From NCBI GenBank assembly GCA_963789475.1, contig CAWBLO010000015.1, forward strand, positions 35,414-99,413: DNA of 64,000 nt, in the 5' to 3' direction. This stretch comes from an uncultured Gammaproteobacteria bacterium (lineage in GTDB: Bacteria > Pseudomonadota > Gammaproteobacteria > Methylococcales > Methylomonadaceae). The notes beneath the pieces were generated by a model. That model did not search any database, was not told where the DNA came from, and saw nothing but the letters and a program-made list of their open reading frames with translations. Below, in pieces: positions 51,668-63,284 of the stretch. Each line of letters opens with the position of its first letter. Within the stretch, counting starts at the first letter, position 1. Made by a program: the position numbers and the translations under genes.

Positions 51668-52897
51668 TTAGTGGCCTACCTCAACCTTGGCGCCCTTGGC
51701 CTGACCAATTTCAGAAAGGGTTTGGTTGAACCATGGCGTATCGAGATCAAACGGTTTGCCGCCTTTGATGCGCGGGAACTCAATTGCACGCAAAACTCCG
51801 CCACGATCTTCATCATGACCTATCACGCCGGATTCACGACGGAAAGCGCATTCGACAGCCAGATCAGCACAAGATTTGATCAGACGGATGTCTTCAACAT
51901 TAGAGGCTGCGGCTCTGGCGAAATAGCCGGATTTTTGAATCAGGGTTTTTTCTGCGCCTAACATATCTGCAAATTGTTCACCAAACCATTTACCGGGATT
52001 GACTGCATCGAGTTTCACGTGACCGAAAGCGTCGCGAGGCACTTCCTGGCCTTTGGCCTGCATTTCAGCAACAATGGATTCCACGCCGGCACCTTCGGAA
52101 ACAAAGATGTTTACGCAGTCTACTTTGTCCATGACAGCGCGAAGACGTTTGGCTTCGGCAGCAATATCGATGGTCATTTCCGGAATGAATATGCCGTGGA
52201 CTTCAAAGGCATTGCGATCAAGTCCCAGCTCAGGCAACCATTCAGCGCGATCAAGCAGTTTACGGTATTCCTGAGCCGTGGCGGCGGTGAGCCAGCCGCA
52301 ACTGCGTCCCATCACTTCATGGACAATCAGCATACGCGGATTGGCGTTGTTTTCGGCAACAACGTTCCAAAAGTAACGTGCGCCTTGCTCTGCTGCCGTC
52401 CAGGCGCCCAGTGATTGCTTGATTGGAAAAACATCGTTATCAACTGTTTTGGGCAAACCGATAACGGTGAGGCCGTAATTGTTACTTGCGAGGAATGCGG
52501 CGAGATCAGCGGCAGCGGTATTGGTGTCGTCGCCGCCTATGGTATGGAGAATATCAACGCCGTCTTTAACCAATTGATCGGCAGCTACTTTTTGCGGGTC
52601 TTGGCCTTCCTGAACCAGGCCGCGTTTTAGGCAGTCCTTAACGTTAGTCAGTTTAACGCGGCTATTGCCAATCAGCGAGCCGCCGAAACGGTGTAACAGA
52701 CCGGCTTTTTCACGTATAGCCGGCGTGACGGTATAAAAATCGCCAAGCAGGAGACCTTTGTAGCCGCTACGATAGCAGATGATTTCAATGGTAGGATCAA
52801 TTTCAGTATAACGCTCGATAAGGCTGCCGATAGCTGAGTTTAGGCAGGGAGCCAAACCGCCCGCGGTGAGAATTGCGACTTTTTTGGGTTTGTTCAT
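51668..52897 (-). CDS. pfp: Pyrophosphate-dependent phosphofructokinase
   Basis: TAGGLAPCL, GGDDTNT, PKTVDND (PPi-type) and EVMGR motifs. Confidence 0.93.
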   Translation of the reverse strand: MNKPKKVAILTAGGLAPCLNSAIGSLIERYTEIDPTIEIICYRSGYKGLLLGDFYTVTPAIREKAGLLHRFGGSLIGNSRVKLTNVKDCLKRGLVQEGQDPQKVAADQLVKDGVDILHTIGGDDTNTAAADLAAFLASNNYGLTVIGLPKTVDNDVFPIKQSLGAWTAAEQGARYFWNVVAENNANPRMLIVHEVMGRSCGWLTAATAQEYRKLLDRAEWLPELGLDRNAFEVHGIFIPEMTIDIAAEAKRLRAVMDKVDCVNIFVSEGAGVESIVAEMQAKGQEVPRDAFGHVKLDAVNPGKWFGEQFADMLGAEKTLIQKSGYFARAAASNVEDIRLIKSCADLAVECAFRRESGVIGHDEDRGGVLRAIEFPRIKGGKPFDLDTPWFNQTLSEIGQAKGAKVEVGH

Positions 52898-53297
52898 AAG
52901 AATTGTAAAGTATGAGGTTAGACAAAAGTTTTGGAATGGGAATAAACAAAATGTTCAAGTTATAAAATTACCCTTCCTAAGTAAGGAGAGCGAGGTTGCA
53001 CCCTTTAATATATCGTTCCACTCCAAAACTCAAACAACACAGAATCATTTCAGGGCTTACGCGGCTGTGGCGAAACAAAGAGAATTCCAGTGTATAAACT
53101 TTGGTTTGAGGACTCCGATGGCTGGGAATTTTACCATATTACAAAAGAATATCTTTTGTTTTGTTTTTAATGCACTTATAGCAATATTGGATTGGTTTAG
53201 GTGCTTGTATTGATAGTGCGGAAGGAGTAGAAGATCGGGGCAAGATAGCCCGTTGCCCGACCTCCCATCAAAGGTCTATGCGAGCGGAATTTACAGT

Positions 53298-53380
53298 TAC
53301 TAACTTTGGGGGCGGGACAGATAACATACTTTAGAGGGATGTTATCTGTAAAATCGTCTCGCTTTAAACTGGAGGCCCAG
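53298..53380. repeat. Family A palindromic element (third copy, diverged)
   Basis: GGGACAGATAACAT..ATGTTATCTGTAAA..GCTTTAAA aligns with 1599-1682. Confidence 0.8.
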
Positions 53381-53426
53381 AATTTAAATTCAATGCCTTA
53401 CCGGACAGCTTCAATAACTAACGGGT

Positions 53427-54095
53427 TTATTTTGCAGGAGTAATCTTAACTTTCTTGAGTTTTTGACAAGTGTCCTTAACGTCTCCGCAACGGGTGAATT
53501 CGTGCGTGTCCTTATCAAAGCAAATCCGCACTTCGTCAAGGGTATCACCGCTCTTCTTCGGTCCGTTCTCTGTGCAGGATAGATAAATCTCATCGGCATC
53601 AAGTCCAGGGTTATTTTCTATAAACAGAGTTTCGATCTTGTCAGCTTTAGGGGCGCCCGAAAGTTGAGGAAATTTCAGCTTGGCGAAAAGATTTCCGGTC
53701 AAATCGAAATAAGCGCTCCTGGCAAGTCCGCTGCAGGTGCCATGTTTATCCCACTCATGCTGAATCAGAAAATCAGATGGCATATAGGCATAGATTTTCT
53801 CCTTATCGATTGCATCGACTGGCCCACCACCCTTGCAGTTTTGAGGGTTGCCGGTTCCGCATTCCGGCCATAAGCCGTGGACGATGAACTTTCGATGTTC
53901 TTTACATTGCGACTCTTTGTTGCCGGGATGCGAACGGCAGAACTCCGGCGACCACGACAAACTCAACGTATAGTTTTTGAATTGACCAGCCTTGTTATTA
54001 TCGCAGGCCTTCTCGTTTTGAGCAGTCCAGTCAGCAACCGCCAGTGCGGAAGCCATAACCATTGCTGCAAATAAAATTATTCGAAACGTCTTCAT
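53427..54095 (-). CDS. Secreted ribonuclease T2 family (RNase I-like)
   Basis: Signal peptide, LSLSWSPEFC, CAS I VHGLWP and CAS II HEWDKHGTC. Confidence 0.93.
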   Translation of the reverse strand: MKTFRIILFAAMVMASALAVADWTAQNEKACDNNKAGQFKNYTLSLSWSPEFCRSHPGNKESQCKEHRKFIVHGLWPECGTGNPQNCKGGGPVDAIDKEKIYAYMPSDFLIQHEWDKHGTCSGLARSAYFDLTGNLFAKLKFPQLSGAPKADKIETLFIENNPGLDADEIYLSCTENGPKKSGDTLDEVRICFDKDTHEFTRCGDVKDTCQKLKKVKITPAK

Positions 54096-54188
54096 TTCAC
54101 TCTCCTTCAGGGTTGTTGAACAGTAGCCGGTATTCGGCCGTTAAAAATCAACTTCACACTCCCTTCGACAGCTCAACTCTCACCACTA

Positions 54189-54995
<807 letters not shown>

Positions 54996-56135
54996 TTATC
55001 CTGTCAGCTTATCAAAAAAGTTTTTTACACCATCAATCCATGAGTGCTCCTGGGGACTGTGATGTTTGCCACCACTCGATAACGATTCGCCCAGTTTTTC
55101 AACCAGTGCTTTTTGTTCTTTGGTCAGTTGCACCGGGGTTTCAATTCTCACCTTGCAGAGTAAATCACCGATGGCCCCACCTCTGACCTGCTTGACACCT
55201 TTACCGCGTAACCTGAACGATTTTCCGGTTTGCGTTTCAGGAGGGATGGTTAACTTTACTTCGCCATCCAAAGTAGGTACTTGGATCGCATCACCTAAAC
55301 AGGCGGTAGCAAAACTGATAGGTACTTCACAATATAAGTTTGCACCGTCACGAGTAAAAATGTCATGTTCTTTTACCCGTATCTCAATGTACAGGTCACC
55401 GGCCGGGCCACCGCGTTCGCCTGCTTCTCCCTCTCCAGCCAGACGAATACGATCGCCCGTATCGACACCCGCAGGGATTTTTGCCGACAAGGTTTTGTTT
55501 TCCTGCACGCGCCCTTGGCCATGGCATTTGCCACAGGGATCCTTTATTTGCTTGCCCGTTCCACGACATGTAGGGCAAGCCTGCTGCACAGAAAAGAAGC
55601 CTTGTTGCATCCTGACTTGACCATGCCCATGACAAGTGGTGCAGATAATCGGACTTGAGCCTTTTTTTGCGCCCGAACCGTTACACTCGCCGCAGCTAAC
55701 CAGTACCGGGATACGGATTTTCGTCTCTGTTCCGGCAACGGCTTCTTCCAGCGATAACTCCAGGTTATAGCGTAAATCTGAACCCCGTTGGACATTGCTA
55801 CGCTGCCTGCCCCCACCGCCGAAAATATCACCAAACACATCGCCGAATATATCACTGAAACCTTCAGCGCCACCAAATCCACCGGGACGGCCACCCATAG
55901 AGGGATCAACACCGGCATGGCCGAACTGGTCATAAGCTGAACGTTTTTTAGGGTCTGATAAAACTTCGTAAGCTTCTTTGATTTGTTTGAATTTAACTTC
56001 AGCGGCTTCCGGATTGTCAGCGTTTCTATCGGGATGGTACTTCATCGCCATACTGCGATAGCTTTTCTTGATCTCTGCGTCACTGGCGTTTTTATCTACG
56101 TTGAGCAGTTTGTAAAAATCTTCTTTTGTTGCCAT
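54996..56135 (-). CDS. dnaJ: Chaperone DnaJ
   Basis: HPD J-domain, G/F region and four CxxCxGxG repeats. Confidence 0.98.
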   Translation of the reverse strand: MATKEDFYKLLNVDKNASDAEIKKSYRSMAMKYHPDRNADNPEAAEVKFKQIKEAYEVLSDPKKRSAYDQFGHAGVDPSMGGRPGGFGGAEGFSDIFGDVFGDIFGGGGRQRSNVQRGSDLRYNLELSLEEAVAGTETKIRIPVLVSCGECNGSGAKKGSSPIICTTCHGHGQVRMQQGFFSVQQACPTCRGTGKQIKDPCGKCHGQGRVQENKTLSAKIPAGVDTGDRIRLAGEGEAGERGGPAGDLYIEIRVKEHDIFTRDGANLYCEVPISFATACLGDAIQVPTLDGEVKLTIPPETQTGKSFRLRGKGVKQVRGGAIGDLLCKVRIETPVQLTKEQKALVEKLGESLSSGGKHHSPQEHSWIDGVKNFFDKLTG

Positions 56136-56604
56136 GTTTCAATCCGCTCCTGATGGTTGCTCAGGAGATAAAGCATTGCTGCGAGGTTATTAGAAGCCGC
56201 GCCTAAGGTAGGCACGGAATGGTTTTAATATGCGTCGTTTCCAAACAGGGGCGTGGAAACCATGAAAATAAATTTACTTATTGTTTTTATCATCAGGAAA
56301 AAAATATATATATATAAAAAAAAAATCTTCATCTAATCAATCTCGTCTAAACGTGAGTCTTTTAGCAAAGCAACATGGTGTTGTACCTTGAATAAAAGTC
56401 TTGTTCGTAGAGGGTTTTGATATTCATGGAATGCCCTGTCGGAAATTAAAAAGTTGGGTTACACGTTAGCATAACTCAACTTTCATATTTTAGTCATGAA
56501 GTTGGGGACGGAGTAACAAACTCCGTCCCGCTTTAAGTGTCAAATTTCCAGCTTTATCAAGCCGCCATTCTCGCCCTTTTCAGGGTCAGGATGCTACGTG
56601 CCTA

Positions 56605-58540
56605 TTATCGCTTATCGTCGTCCTTAACTTCCTCAAACTCAGCATCAACAACGCCGTCATCAGCTGCATGATGCGATGAAGAACCGCCGTCATGATGAGC
56701 TTCACCGCCTTCAGCACCTGCTTTTTGAGCATAAACGCGTTCTGCCAGTTTACCCGACAACTCGGTCAAGTCATTGGTTTTAGCTTCAATGGCGTCCTTA
56801 TCATCACCTTTAACGGCTTCTTTCAGAGCATTAATAGCGTGTTCAATGCTGGTTTTTTCATCAGCGCCGACTTGGTCACCCAATTCTTTCATGGATTTTT
56901 CAGTGGCATGTATCATTCCGTCCGCATGATTGCGCGCGTGGACTAATTCAGTCAGTTTACGATCTTCATCAGCATGGGCTTCGGCATCTTTAATCATACG
57001 ATCCACTTCTTCGTCCGACAAGCCACTGGACGCTTTAATAATAATCGATTGTTTTTTGCCGGTTGCCTTGTCTTTAGCCGATACGTTCAATATACCGTTA
57101 GCATCAATATCAAAAGACACTTCAATTTGCGGAATACCACGCGATGCGGGTGGAATATCAGCTAAATCAAAACGCCCCAGCGATTTATTAGCCGCTGCTT
57201 TTTCACGCTCGCCTTGTAGTACATGGATGGTGACCGCAGTTTGATTGTCATCGGCGGTAGAAAATACTTGTGACGCATTGGTTGGAATGGTGGTATTTTT
57301 TTCAATCAACTTGGTCATAATGCCGCCCATCGTTTCTATACCCAGAGACAAGGGAATAACGTCCAGCAACAACACATCTTTAACATCACCCGCTAAAACA
57401 CCCGCCTGGATCGCCGCACCTAAAGCAACCGCTTCATCCGGGTTAACGTCTTTACGCGGTTCTTTGCCAAATATGCCTTTTACCATTTCCTGTACTTTTG
57501 GCATACGCGTTTGACCGCCCACCAAAATCACATCATTGATTTCAGAGGCTTTAAGACCTGCGTCTTTAAGTGCCATTTCACAAGGGCCTTTAGTACGGTT
57601 AATCAGCTCTTCAACCAAAGATTCCAGTTTGGCACGGGTCAACTTTAACATTTAAATGCTTAGGGCCTGATGCATCCGCAGTGATGTAAGGCAAGTTAAC
57701 ATCAGTTTGCTGGCTTGAAGACAATTCAATCTTGGCTTTTTCTGCCGCTTCTTTCAAACGTTGCAGCGCCAATGGATCGTTGTGTACATCAACGCCGCTT
57801 TCCTTTTTAAATTCACTGGCAAGATATTCAATAACTCTTGAGTCAAAATCTTCACCGCCCAGGAAAGTGTCACCATTAGTTGATAATACTTCAAACTGGT
57901 GCTCGCCATCTATTTCGGCAATTTCAATGATGGAAATATCAAAGGTACCGCCGCCTAAGTCATAGACTGCGATTTTGGTATCGCCTTTAGGCTTATCCAT
58001 ACCGAATGCCAGCGCGGAGGCCGTCGGTTCGTTAATAATACGTCTAACTTCCAAACCTGCAATACGGCCTGCATCTTTAGTCGCTTGACGTTGTGAATCG
58101 TTAAAATAAGCCGGTACGGTTATCACCGCTTCGGTAACTGTTTCACCTAAATACGCTTCCGCGTCTTTTTTCAGCTTCATTAAAATACGCGCTGAAATTT
58201 CCGGCGAAGCCATTTTTTTGCCATGCACTTCTACCCATGCATCACCGTTTTCTGCTTCGATGATTTTATAAGGCACCATTTTGATGTCTTTTTGCACGAC
58301 ATCATCTTTAAAACGACGACCGATCAAACGTTTAATTGCAAACAGCGTGTTTTTTGGATTGGTGACCGCTTGGCGTTTTGCCGATTGTCCCACTAAAACT
58401 TCATCATCACTACTAAAGGCGATAATAGAAGGCGTGGTACGTGCACCTTCACTGTTCTCAATCACTTTGGCCACGCCGTTTTCCAGTACTGCCACACACG
58501 AGTTGGTGGTTCCTAAATCTATGCCAATTATTTTAGCCAT
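56605..58540 (-). CDS. dnaK: Chaperone DnaK, split by a 1-nt insertion near 57645
   Basis: [26 protein letters not shown] and DAEFEEV motifs across two ORFs. Confidence 0.97.
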
Positions 58541-58589
58541 TGAATGCTCCAGACTTGAATTTGTTTAAAAAATGTTTAAGTTATTTTCG

Positions 58590-58617
58590 ATATGGGGGCT
58601 GTTTTATAGTGTTCAAG
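58590..58617 (-). promoter_or_regulatory. Sigma32 promoter for dnaK
   Basis: Minus strand CTTGAA-N14-CCCCATAT, matching the RpoH consensus. Confidence 0.85.
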
Positions 58618-59227
58618 CCTGCGCATTATCTTCTGACGGTTTTTCTGCCGCTTTTGCTACCACCACCATTGCAGGTCGTAGCAAGCGTCCATTCAGCATA
58701 TAGCCTTTTTGAAACACATTAACTACCGTATTGGGTTCCGCGCCTTCTACCTCTTGCATGAGCATCGCTTGATGTTGCTCAGCGTTAAATGGCTGGCCCA
58801 TGGGATCAATGGCAACAATATTAAATTTTGCAAACAATGCTTCGAACTGTTTGATAGTTAATTCACTGCCTTCCCGAAACTTTTTTACCTCCTCGCTATC
58901 GCCTGTTGCCGCTTGCAAACCCAGAACCAGACTGTCAAATACCGGCAATATTTCTTTGGCAAAACTGGTCAAGGCATACTTATGCGCATCTTCCAGATCT
59001 TTTTGCGTTCTTTTTTTCAGGTTTTCCATTTCCGCCTGGGTGCGAACCGCTTTATCCCAGTTATCATTCGCTTTTTGCTTGGCCTCCTCTAATTCTTGCC
59101 TCAGCTCTTCAATCGTATATTCATGCTCACCTACTTCAGTGTGTGGAAGCTCTTCATTGACCGTTTCATTTTCAATCTCGGCTTCAGCTTCAACCTGCGA
59201 CTCAGGCGCTTCCTGATCAATACTCAT
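58613..59227 (-). CDS. grpE: Nucleotide exchange factor GrpE
   Basis: AEMENLKKR and QKGYMLNGRLLRPAMVVV motifs. Confidence 0.97.
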   Translation of the reverse strand: MSIDQEAPESQVEAEAEIENETVNEELPHTEVGEHEYTIEELRQELEEAKQKANDNWDKAVRTQAEMENLKKRTQKDLEDAHKYALTSFAKEILPVFDSLVLGLQAATGDSEEVKKFREGSELTIKQFEALFAKFNIVAIDPMGQPFNAEQHQAMLMQEVEGAEPNTVVNVFQKGYMLNGRLLRPAMVVVAKAAEKPSEDNAQA

Positions 59228-59293
59228 TTCTAGTGTTCCTTAAAAAAGTTGTGGTAACGTGCCTAAATAACGCACAAAAAATAGTGTTACCTA

Positions 59294-59321
59294 TCATGGG
59301 GTCGTTGTTTTTGGATTCAAG
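59294..59321 (-). promoter_or_regulatory. Sigma32 promoter for grpE, inside the hrcA 3' end
   Basis: Minus strand CTTGAA-N14-CCCCATGA. Confidence 0.78.
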
Positions 59322-60349
59322 GCCGCGCCTAATAATTTTGCCGTAACATCGACAAACGGAATAATTTTCTGATATGCCATACGTGTCGGCCCGATTACGC
59401 CGAGTACGCCGACTATTTCGTCATTGACTGAATAGGAAGAGGTAACCAAACTGCAATGGTCAAATGCCTGGTAACCGGATTCTTCGCCTATAAAAATCTG
59501 CACGCCTTCAGCCTTCATTGATTGATCCAAAAGATGAATGACATCCTGCTTCTGACTAAAGGCATCAAACAGTTTTTTCAAATGATCCCTGTCCGACAAC
59601 TCGGAAAAACCCATTAAATTGGTTTCACCGGTCAACACATAATCATCCTTTTCATCCGCTGATTCAAAAGTCAATTGCGCCATTTTTATCGCATCCAGCA
59701 TAGCCTGATTCATGCGCTCCTGGTCGTCTTGCAACTCTTTCAAAACAGCTTCACGTACAGAAACCAGACTGCGGCCGTAATAAATTGAGTTGAGATACGC
59801 GCCGGCCTGTTGTAATTCAGCCGCACTAAAGACTTTCCCGGTATGAATAACCTTGTTATGAACTTCCTGTTCATTAGTGACAAAAATCACCAGTACGCGT
59901 TTATGCGATAACGGCAAAAATTCAATATGCCGCAAACAGACCAATTCTCTTCTGGGTAAAGTGACAACACCGGCCATTTTGGTCAATTCTGCAAGCAATT
60001 TTGACGCAACACCGATCATATTATTGGTATCATTTCTTTCCGCCAAACCCTGATTTAGCTGCGTAATATATTTTGCATCCAGCGGCTTAACTGTTAACAA
60101 GCTGTCAACAAACAAACGATAGCCGCTGACTGTGGGTATGCGCCCCGCTGACTTATGCGGAGAATGGATTAGCCCCATATCTTCCAGATCCGCCATCACA
60201 TTACGAATAGTTGCAGGGCTTAAGTTTAGCTCAGAATCTTTTGATAACAGCCGAGAACCCACGGGCTGACCATCACTGATATAAAGTTCAACCAGTGTTT
60301 TTAATAACTGCAATGAACGTTCATTTAAATCCCGGTTATTAGTACTCAC
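59294..60349 (-). CDS. hrcA: Heat-inducible transcription repressor HrcA
   Basis: PVGS, SPATIRNVMADLE, SAGRIPT and GVIGPTRM.Y motifs. Confidence 0.97.
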   Translation of the reverse strand: MSTNNRDLNERSLQLLKTLVELYISDGQPVGSRLLSKDSELNLSPATIRNVMADLEDMGLIHSPHKSAGRIPTVSGYRLFVDSLLTVKPLDAKYITQLNQGLAERNDTNNMIGVASKLLAELTKMAGVVTLPRRELVCLRHIEFLPLSHKRVLVIFVTNEQEVHNKVIHTGKVFSAAELQQAGAYLNSIYYGRSLVSVREAVLKELQDDQERMNQAMLDAIKMAQLTFESADEKDDYVLTGETNLMGFSELSDRDHLKKLFDAFSQKQDVIHLLDQSMKAEGVQIFIGEESGYQAFDHCSLVTSSYSVNDEIVGVLGVIGPTRMAYQKIIPFVDVTAKLLGAALNPKTTTP

Positions 60350-60777
60350 ACCTACCTCTATAAATCAAACATGCACTCCATCAAGATGAACACCAGCCAA
60401 GAAAAGTATCAGCTCACCCGTCTGTTGTCAACAAAGGCTAACTCACGTCTATCTTGAAAGCTGCGGTTTTTTTGTTTGTCAAAGCTGTAATAGCGCTTAA
60501 CGCCAGATCGCAGAATACCGGGCCTTGCGTGATTTTTATCGTAGCCGCCTGGAAATTATTTATCTGAGAAACTATAGTTCTGTATGTACCTTTATCTTCA
60601 ATATCGACAATAGCCTAAAGAACTCAAGTTAATGAAACACTACCAGAGGTAATGAAGCAGAGGGAAATAGTGGTGAACTTAATGGCCCTGAAAACAGGAT
60701 TAAAAGTATCGTCTGTCCCCTATTTTCTTAACCCAAGTTTATTAACAATACGGAAATTTCAGCCGGAGAAAAATATC

Positions 60778-61194
60778 ATGGCATTTGTGAATGAATACAT
60801 ATCAGAAGAAAACATAGCGAAACACCGACTTGCAGCTATTGATAAAAACTACTTTGTTGGCGCGGCAGAATCAGGAAGTAGGATTATTGACCGTGAGCGC
60901 AATATCTACTTGCGCAATGTTTGGAACGACCGGGAGCAGTTCAGAGGCAAGTCAGGGTGGACTTTTTTTTGGCAGGGGGAATGGATTTATCTGGAACTGG
61001 AGTTGCTTGAACTCAGTGATCAACCCGGCGGATCCCGATGCGCGCATTGGAAACTGCTCACGCTTGAATCGCCAACGCATTTAAAGGATCAACGTATCGA
61101 AATGCTTGCCGATTTGAAAGACGCTCTTGTTGCCCGAAAAGAGGGCGGTGTTTGTGCGACAGCTACCGACTTCTCGGTCACGCTGGATATTTGA
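60778..61194 (+). CDS. Hypothetical protein (MAFVNEYIS.. start; possibly an orphan immunity/accessory protein)
   Basis: GGAG RBS before the ATG at 60778; Trp-rich 138 aa; followed by a 19-codon stub. Confidence 0.6.
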   Translation: MAFVNEYISEENIAKHRLAAIDKNYFVGAAESGSRIIDRERNIYLRNVWNDREQFRGKSGWTFFWQGEWIYLELELLELSDQPGGSRCAHWKLLTLESPTHLKDQRIEMLADLKDALVARKEGGVCATATDFSVTLDI

Positions 61195-61264
61195 GCCGGA
61201 AGCACATTATGACAAGCACCGCTACCGAAGTAATCAATTCAATTCTTACATTACTGGATAGACC

Positions 61265-61748
61265 TTAGCCGCGGCTTCTAAAACCGGTTTTTTTCAGGAT
61301 CTTAGTGCTGTACAACACTTCACAACCTTGATTGTAAGCGCCGAGCAAATCGGCAATCTGCTGATATTTGTTTATCAACATCTTCCTGGCTTTTGCCATG
61401 CACCATGGCAAACAGGTTATAAGGCCATTCGGGCAAATGCCTTGGACGGTGATAACAATGGCTGACAAAATCCAGTTTCCCGACTTTTTCGCCCAGTTCA
61501 TTAATGATTTCTTCCGGGACATTCCATACGGTCATGCCGTTAAAACGATAACCCAGTTTATAGTGATTGGGTACTGCGCCGATGCGGCGAATAATGCCTT
61601 GTTCCTGCATGGATGTCATACGCGTCATGACTATTTCAGCCGTTAAGCCTAGCTGTTCGGCAATATGTTGATAGGGTTGCGAGGTTAGCGGCAAACCGGC
61701 TTGGGTTGCGCGCATAATTGCCAGGTCGGTGTCATCTAGAATAATCAT
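61265..61748 (-). CDS. nirH: Siroheme decarboxylase beta-type subunit NirH; frameshift near 61365
   Basis: GLPL...PY, NHYKLGY..NGMTVW, SHCYHRPR..WPYNLFAMVHG and ILKKTG motifs. Confidence 0.88.
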
Positions 61749-61847
61749 GGTTACCAAATCTAGGCGAGGCAAAAAAATGGATGTTAGACTTGGCAGTTTT
61801 ATAAAAACTACCAGGTTTTCCCTTCGTTAACTGGAAAGCCATAACCA

Positions 61848-62291
61848 TCAGGCTTCCAGTTTTAAGCCAACAAAATATTCGTTGATTTTGGGCATGTTGT
61901 AGACCGTCAGGCCGGTTTGTTGCTCTATTGCGTTGATAGTTTGCTGAATTTGTTCAGGCGTTTCTGTAGCAATCACAAACCACATATTAAGCGCATGGTT
62001 ACGCTCGTAATTATGTGCTACTTCGGGGAAAGCATTGATGATGCCGGTGACTTCAACAAAGCGCTCAGGTGGTGCTTTAACTGCTGCCAATGTTAACGCG
62101 CCGCCCATCAGTTCGGCATGATAAAGCGGACCGAAGCGGGTCAAAGTGCCGTTATCCAACAGCGCCTGTAGCCGCTCAATAAGCGCCTGTTCGGTTAATC
62201 CCAGTTGCAGTGCAACCTGTTGATAAGGCGCGTCACAAATAGGAAAACCTTCTTGCAGGGTGTTGATAATGAGGCGATCTATTTCGTCCAT
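61848..62291 (-). CDS. nirG: Siroheme decarboxylase alpha-type subunit NirG
   Basis: LTRFGPLY and VAHNYER.H.LNMWFV motifs. Confidence 0.88.
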   Translation of the reverse strand: MDEIDRLIINTLQEGFPICDAPYQQVALQLGLTEQALIERLQALLDNGTLTRFGPLYHAELMGGALTLAAVKAPPERFVEVTGIINAFPEVAHNYERNHALNMWFVIATETPEQIQQTINAIEQQTGLTVYNMPKINEYFVGLKLEA

Positions 62292-62349
62292 ACGTCATCC
62301 TGGAAAAAGCAGCTATACACCATATTCATATTTTTAAAGGTGTTGATGT

Positions 62350-62829
62350 TTAAGCGGCGCGTTGGTAAATAGCGCCGCGTTGTTTAAAACAGCGGCGGCT
62401 GAATAAAATTTCCCTGTCAAATCCCGCCAAACCACAGGCGGCGCTGAGCTGTTCCAGTTGCGATAAGACAGTCGTCCGGTCTTTACCGTGAATCATGCAA
62501 TACAGATTATAAGGCCATCCGGCTTGCCGGGGGCGCTGGTAACACAGCGTGACAAAAGCAAACTGACTGATGTGTCCGCCCAGTTGTTTAACAAGATTAT
62601 CGGGTATATTCCACACGATCATGGCATTGGCGCGGTAACCGAGTTGGTGATGCTTGACGATCACGCCCATACGCTTGATCAGGCCTTTTTGTTTAAGCCG
62701 GGCCAGCCGTTCAATCACCTCGGCTTCAGGCATGGACAAAGTGTCGCCAATTTCGGCGTAAGGACGGGAACAAACAGGCAGCCCCATCTGTACACGTTCC
62801 AGCAGTTGACGGTCGCGGTCATCAAGCAT
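62350..62829 (-). CDS. nirL: Siroheme decarboxylase subunit NirL
   Basis: LGYRANAMIVW, LCYQRPR..WPYNLYCMIHG and FKQRGA motifs. Confidence 0.85.
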   Translation of the reverse strand: MLDDRDRQLLERVQMGLPVCSRPYAEIGDTLSMPEAEVIERLARLKQKGLIKRMGVIVKHHQLGYRANAMIVWNIPDNLVKQLGGHISQFAFVTLCYQRPRQAGWPYNLYCMIHGKDRTTVLSQLEQLSAACGLAGFDREILFSRRCFKQRGAIYQRAA

Positions 62830-63280
62830 GTTGCAAATCCAGTTTAAAACCCAAATCAATAAAAAAATCATCCAGCAAAGGCAATGACATGGTTTTGTAG
62901 CCGGTTTCCTGTTCTATGGCGTCGAGAACGGCTTGTAAATGCCCGGCATCGGCTGCAATAGCCACAAACCAGAGATTAAACGTGTGTTCACGTTCATAAT
63001 TATGATTGACTTCAGGATGGGCGCTGATTATATCGGCAACGGCCTGTAGTTGCTGTTCAGGTACAGCCATCGCCACCAGGGTACTGACACCTATATGGTT
63101 GGGCGGAATAATCGGGCCGATGCGGCTGATAAAGTTGTTGTCGTTTAACTCGGTTAATGCAGATAACACATCATCTTCACTGACACCCAGCGCATTGGCA
63201 ATGTCCAGATAGGGACGCGATGACAGCGGGAAGTCGCGCTGAAAATCGTTCAGCAGGTGTTTGTGCAAAGGGGTCAACAT
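62822..63280 (-). CDS. nirD: Siroheme decarboxylase subunit NirD
   Basis: FQRDFPL..RPY, STLVAM, VNHNYEREH.FNLWFV and IDLGF motifs. Confidence 0.88.
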   Translation of the reverse strand: MLTPLHKHLLNDFQRDFPLSSRPYLDIANALGVSEDDVLSALTELNDNNFISRIGPIIPPNHIGVSTLVAMAVPEQQLQAVADIISAHPEVNHNYEREHTFNLWFVAIAADAGHLQAVLDAIEQETGYKTMSLPLLDDFFIDLGFKLDLQHA

Positions 63281-63284
63281 CCGT

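Noticed and set aside
56290-56330. A/TA low-complexity tract between dnaK and dnaJ as a functional element
   Set aside because: No structure or motif support; may be assembly noise.
56605-58540. dnaK as a pseudogene or programmed frameshift
   Set aside because: A single extra base in a short run, both halves fully conserved, and the same error pattern occurs across the window.
60339-60365. CIRCE operator at hrcA
   Set aside because: Only one imperfect half-site; the second arm is absent at 9-bp spacing.
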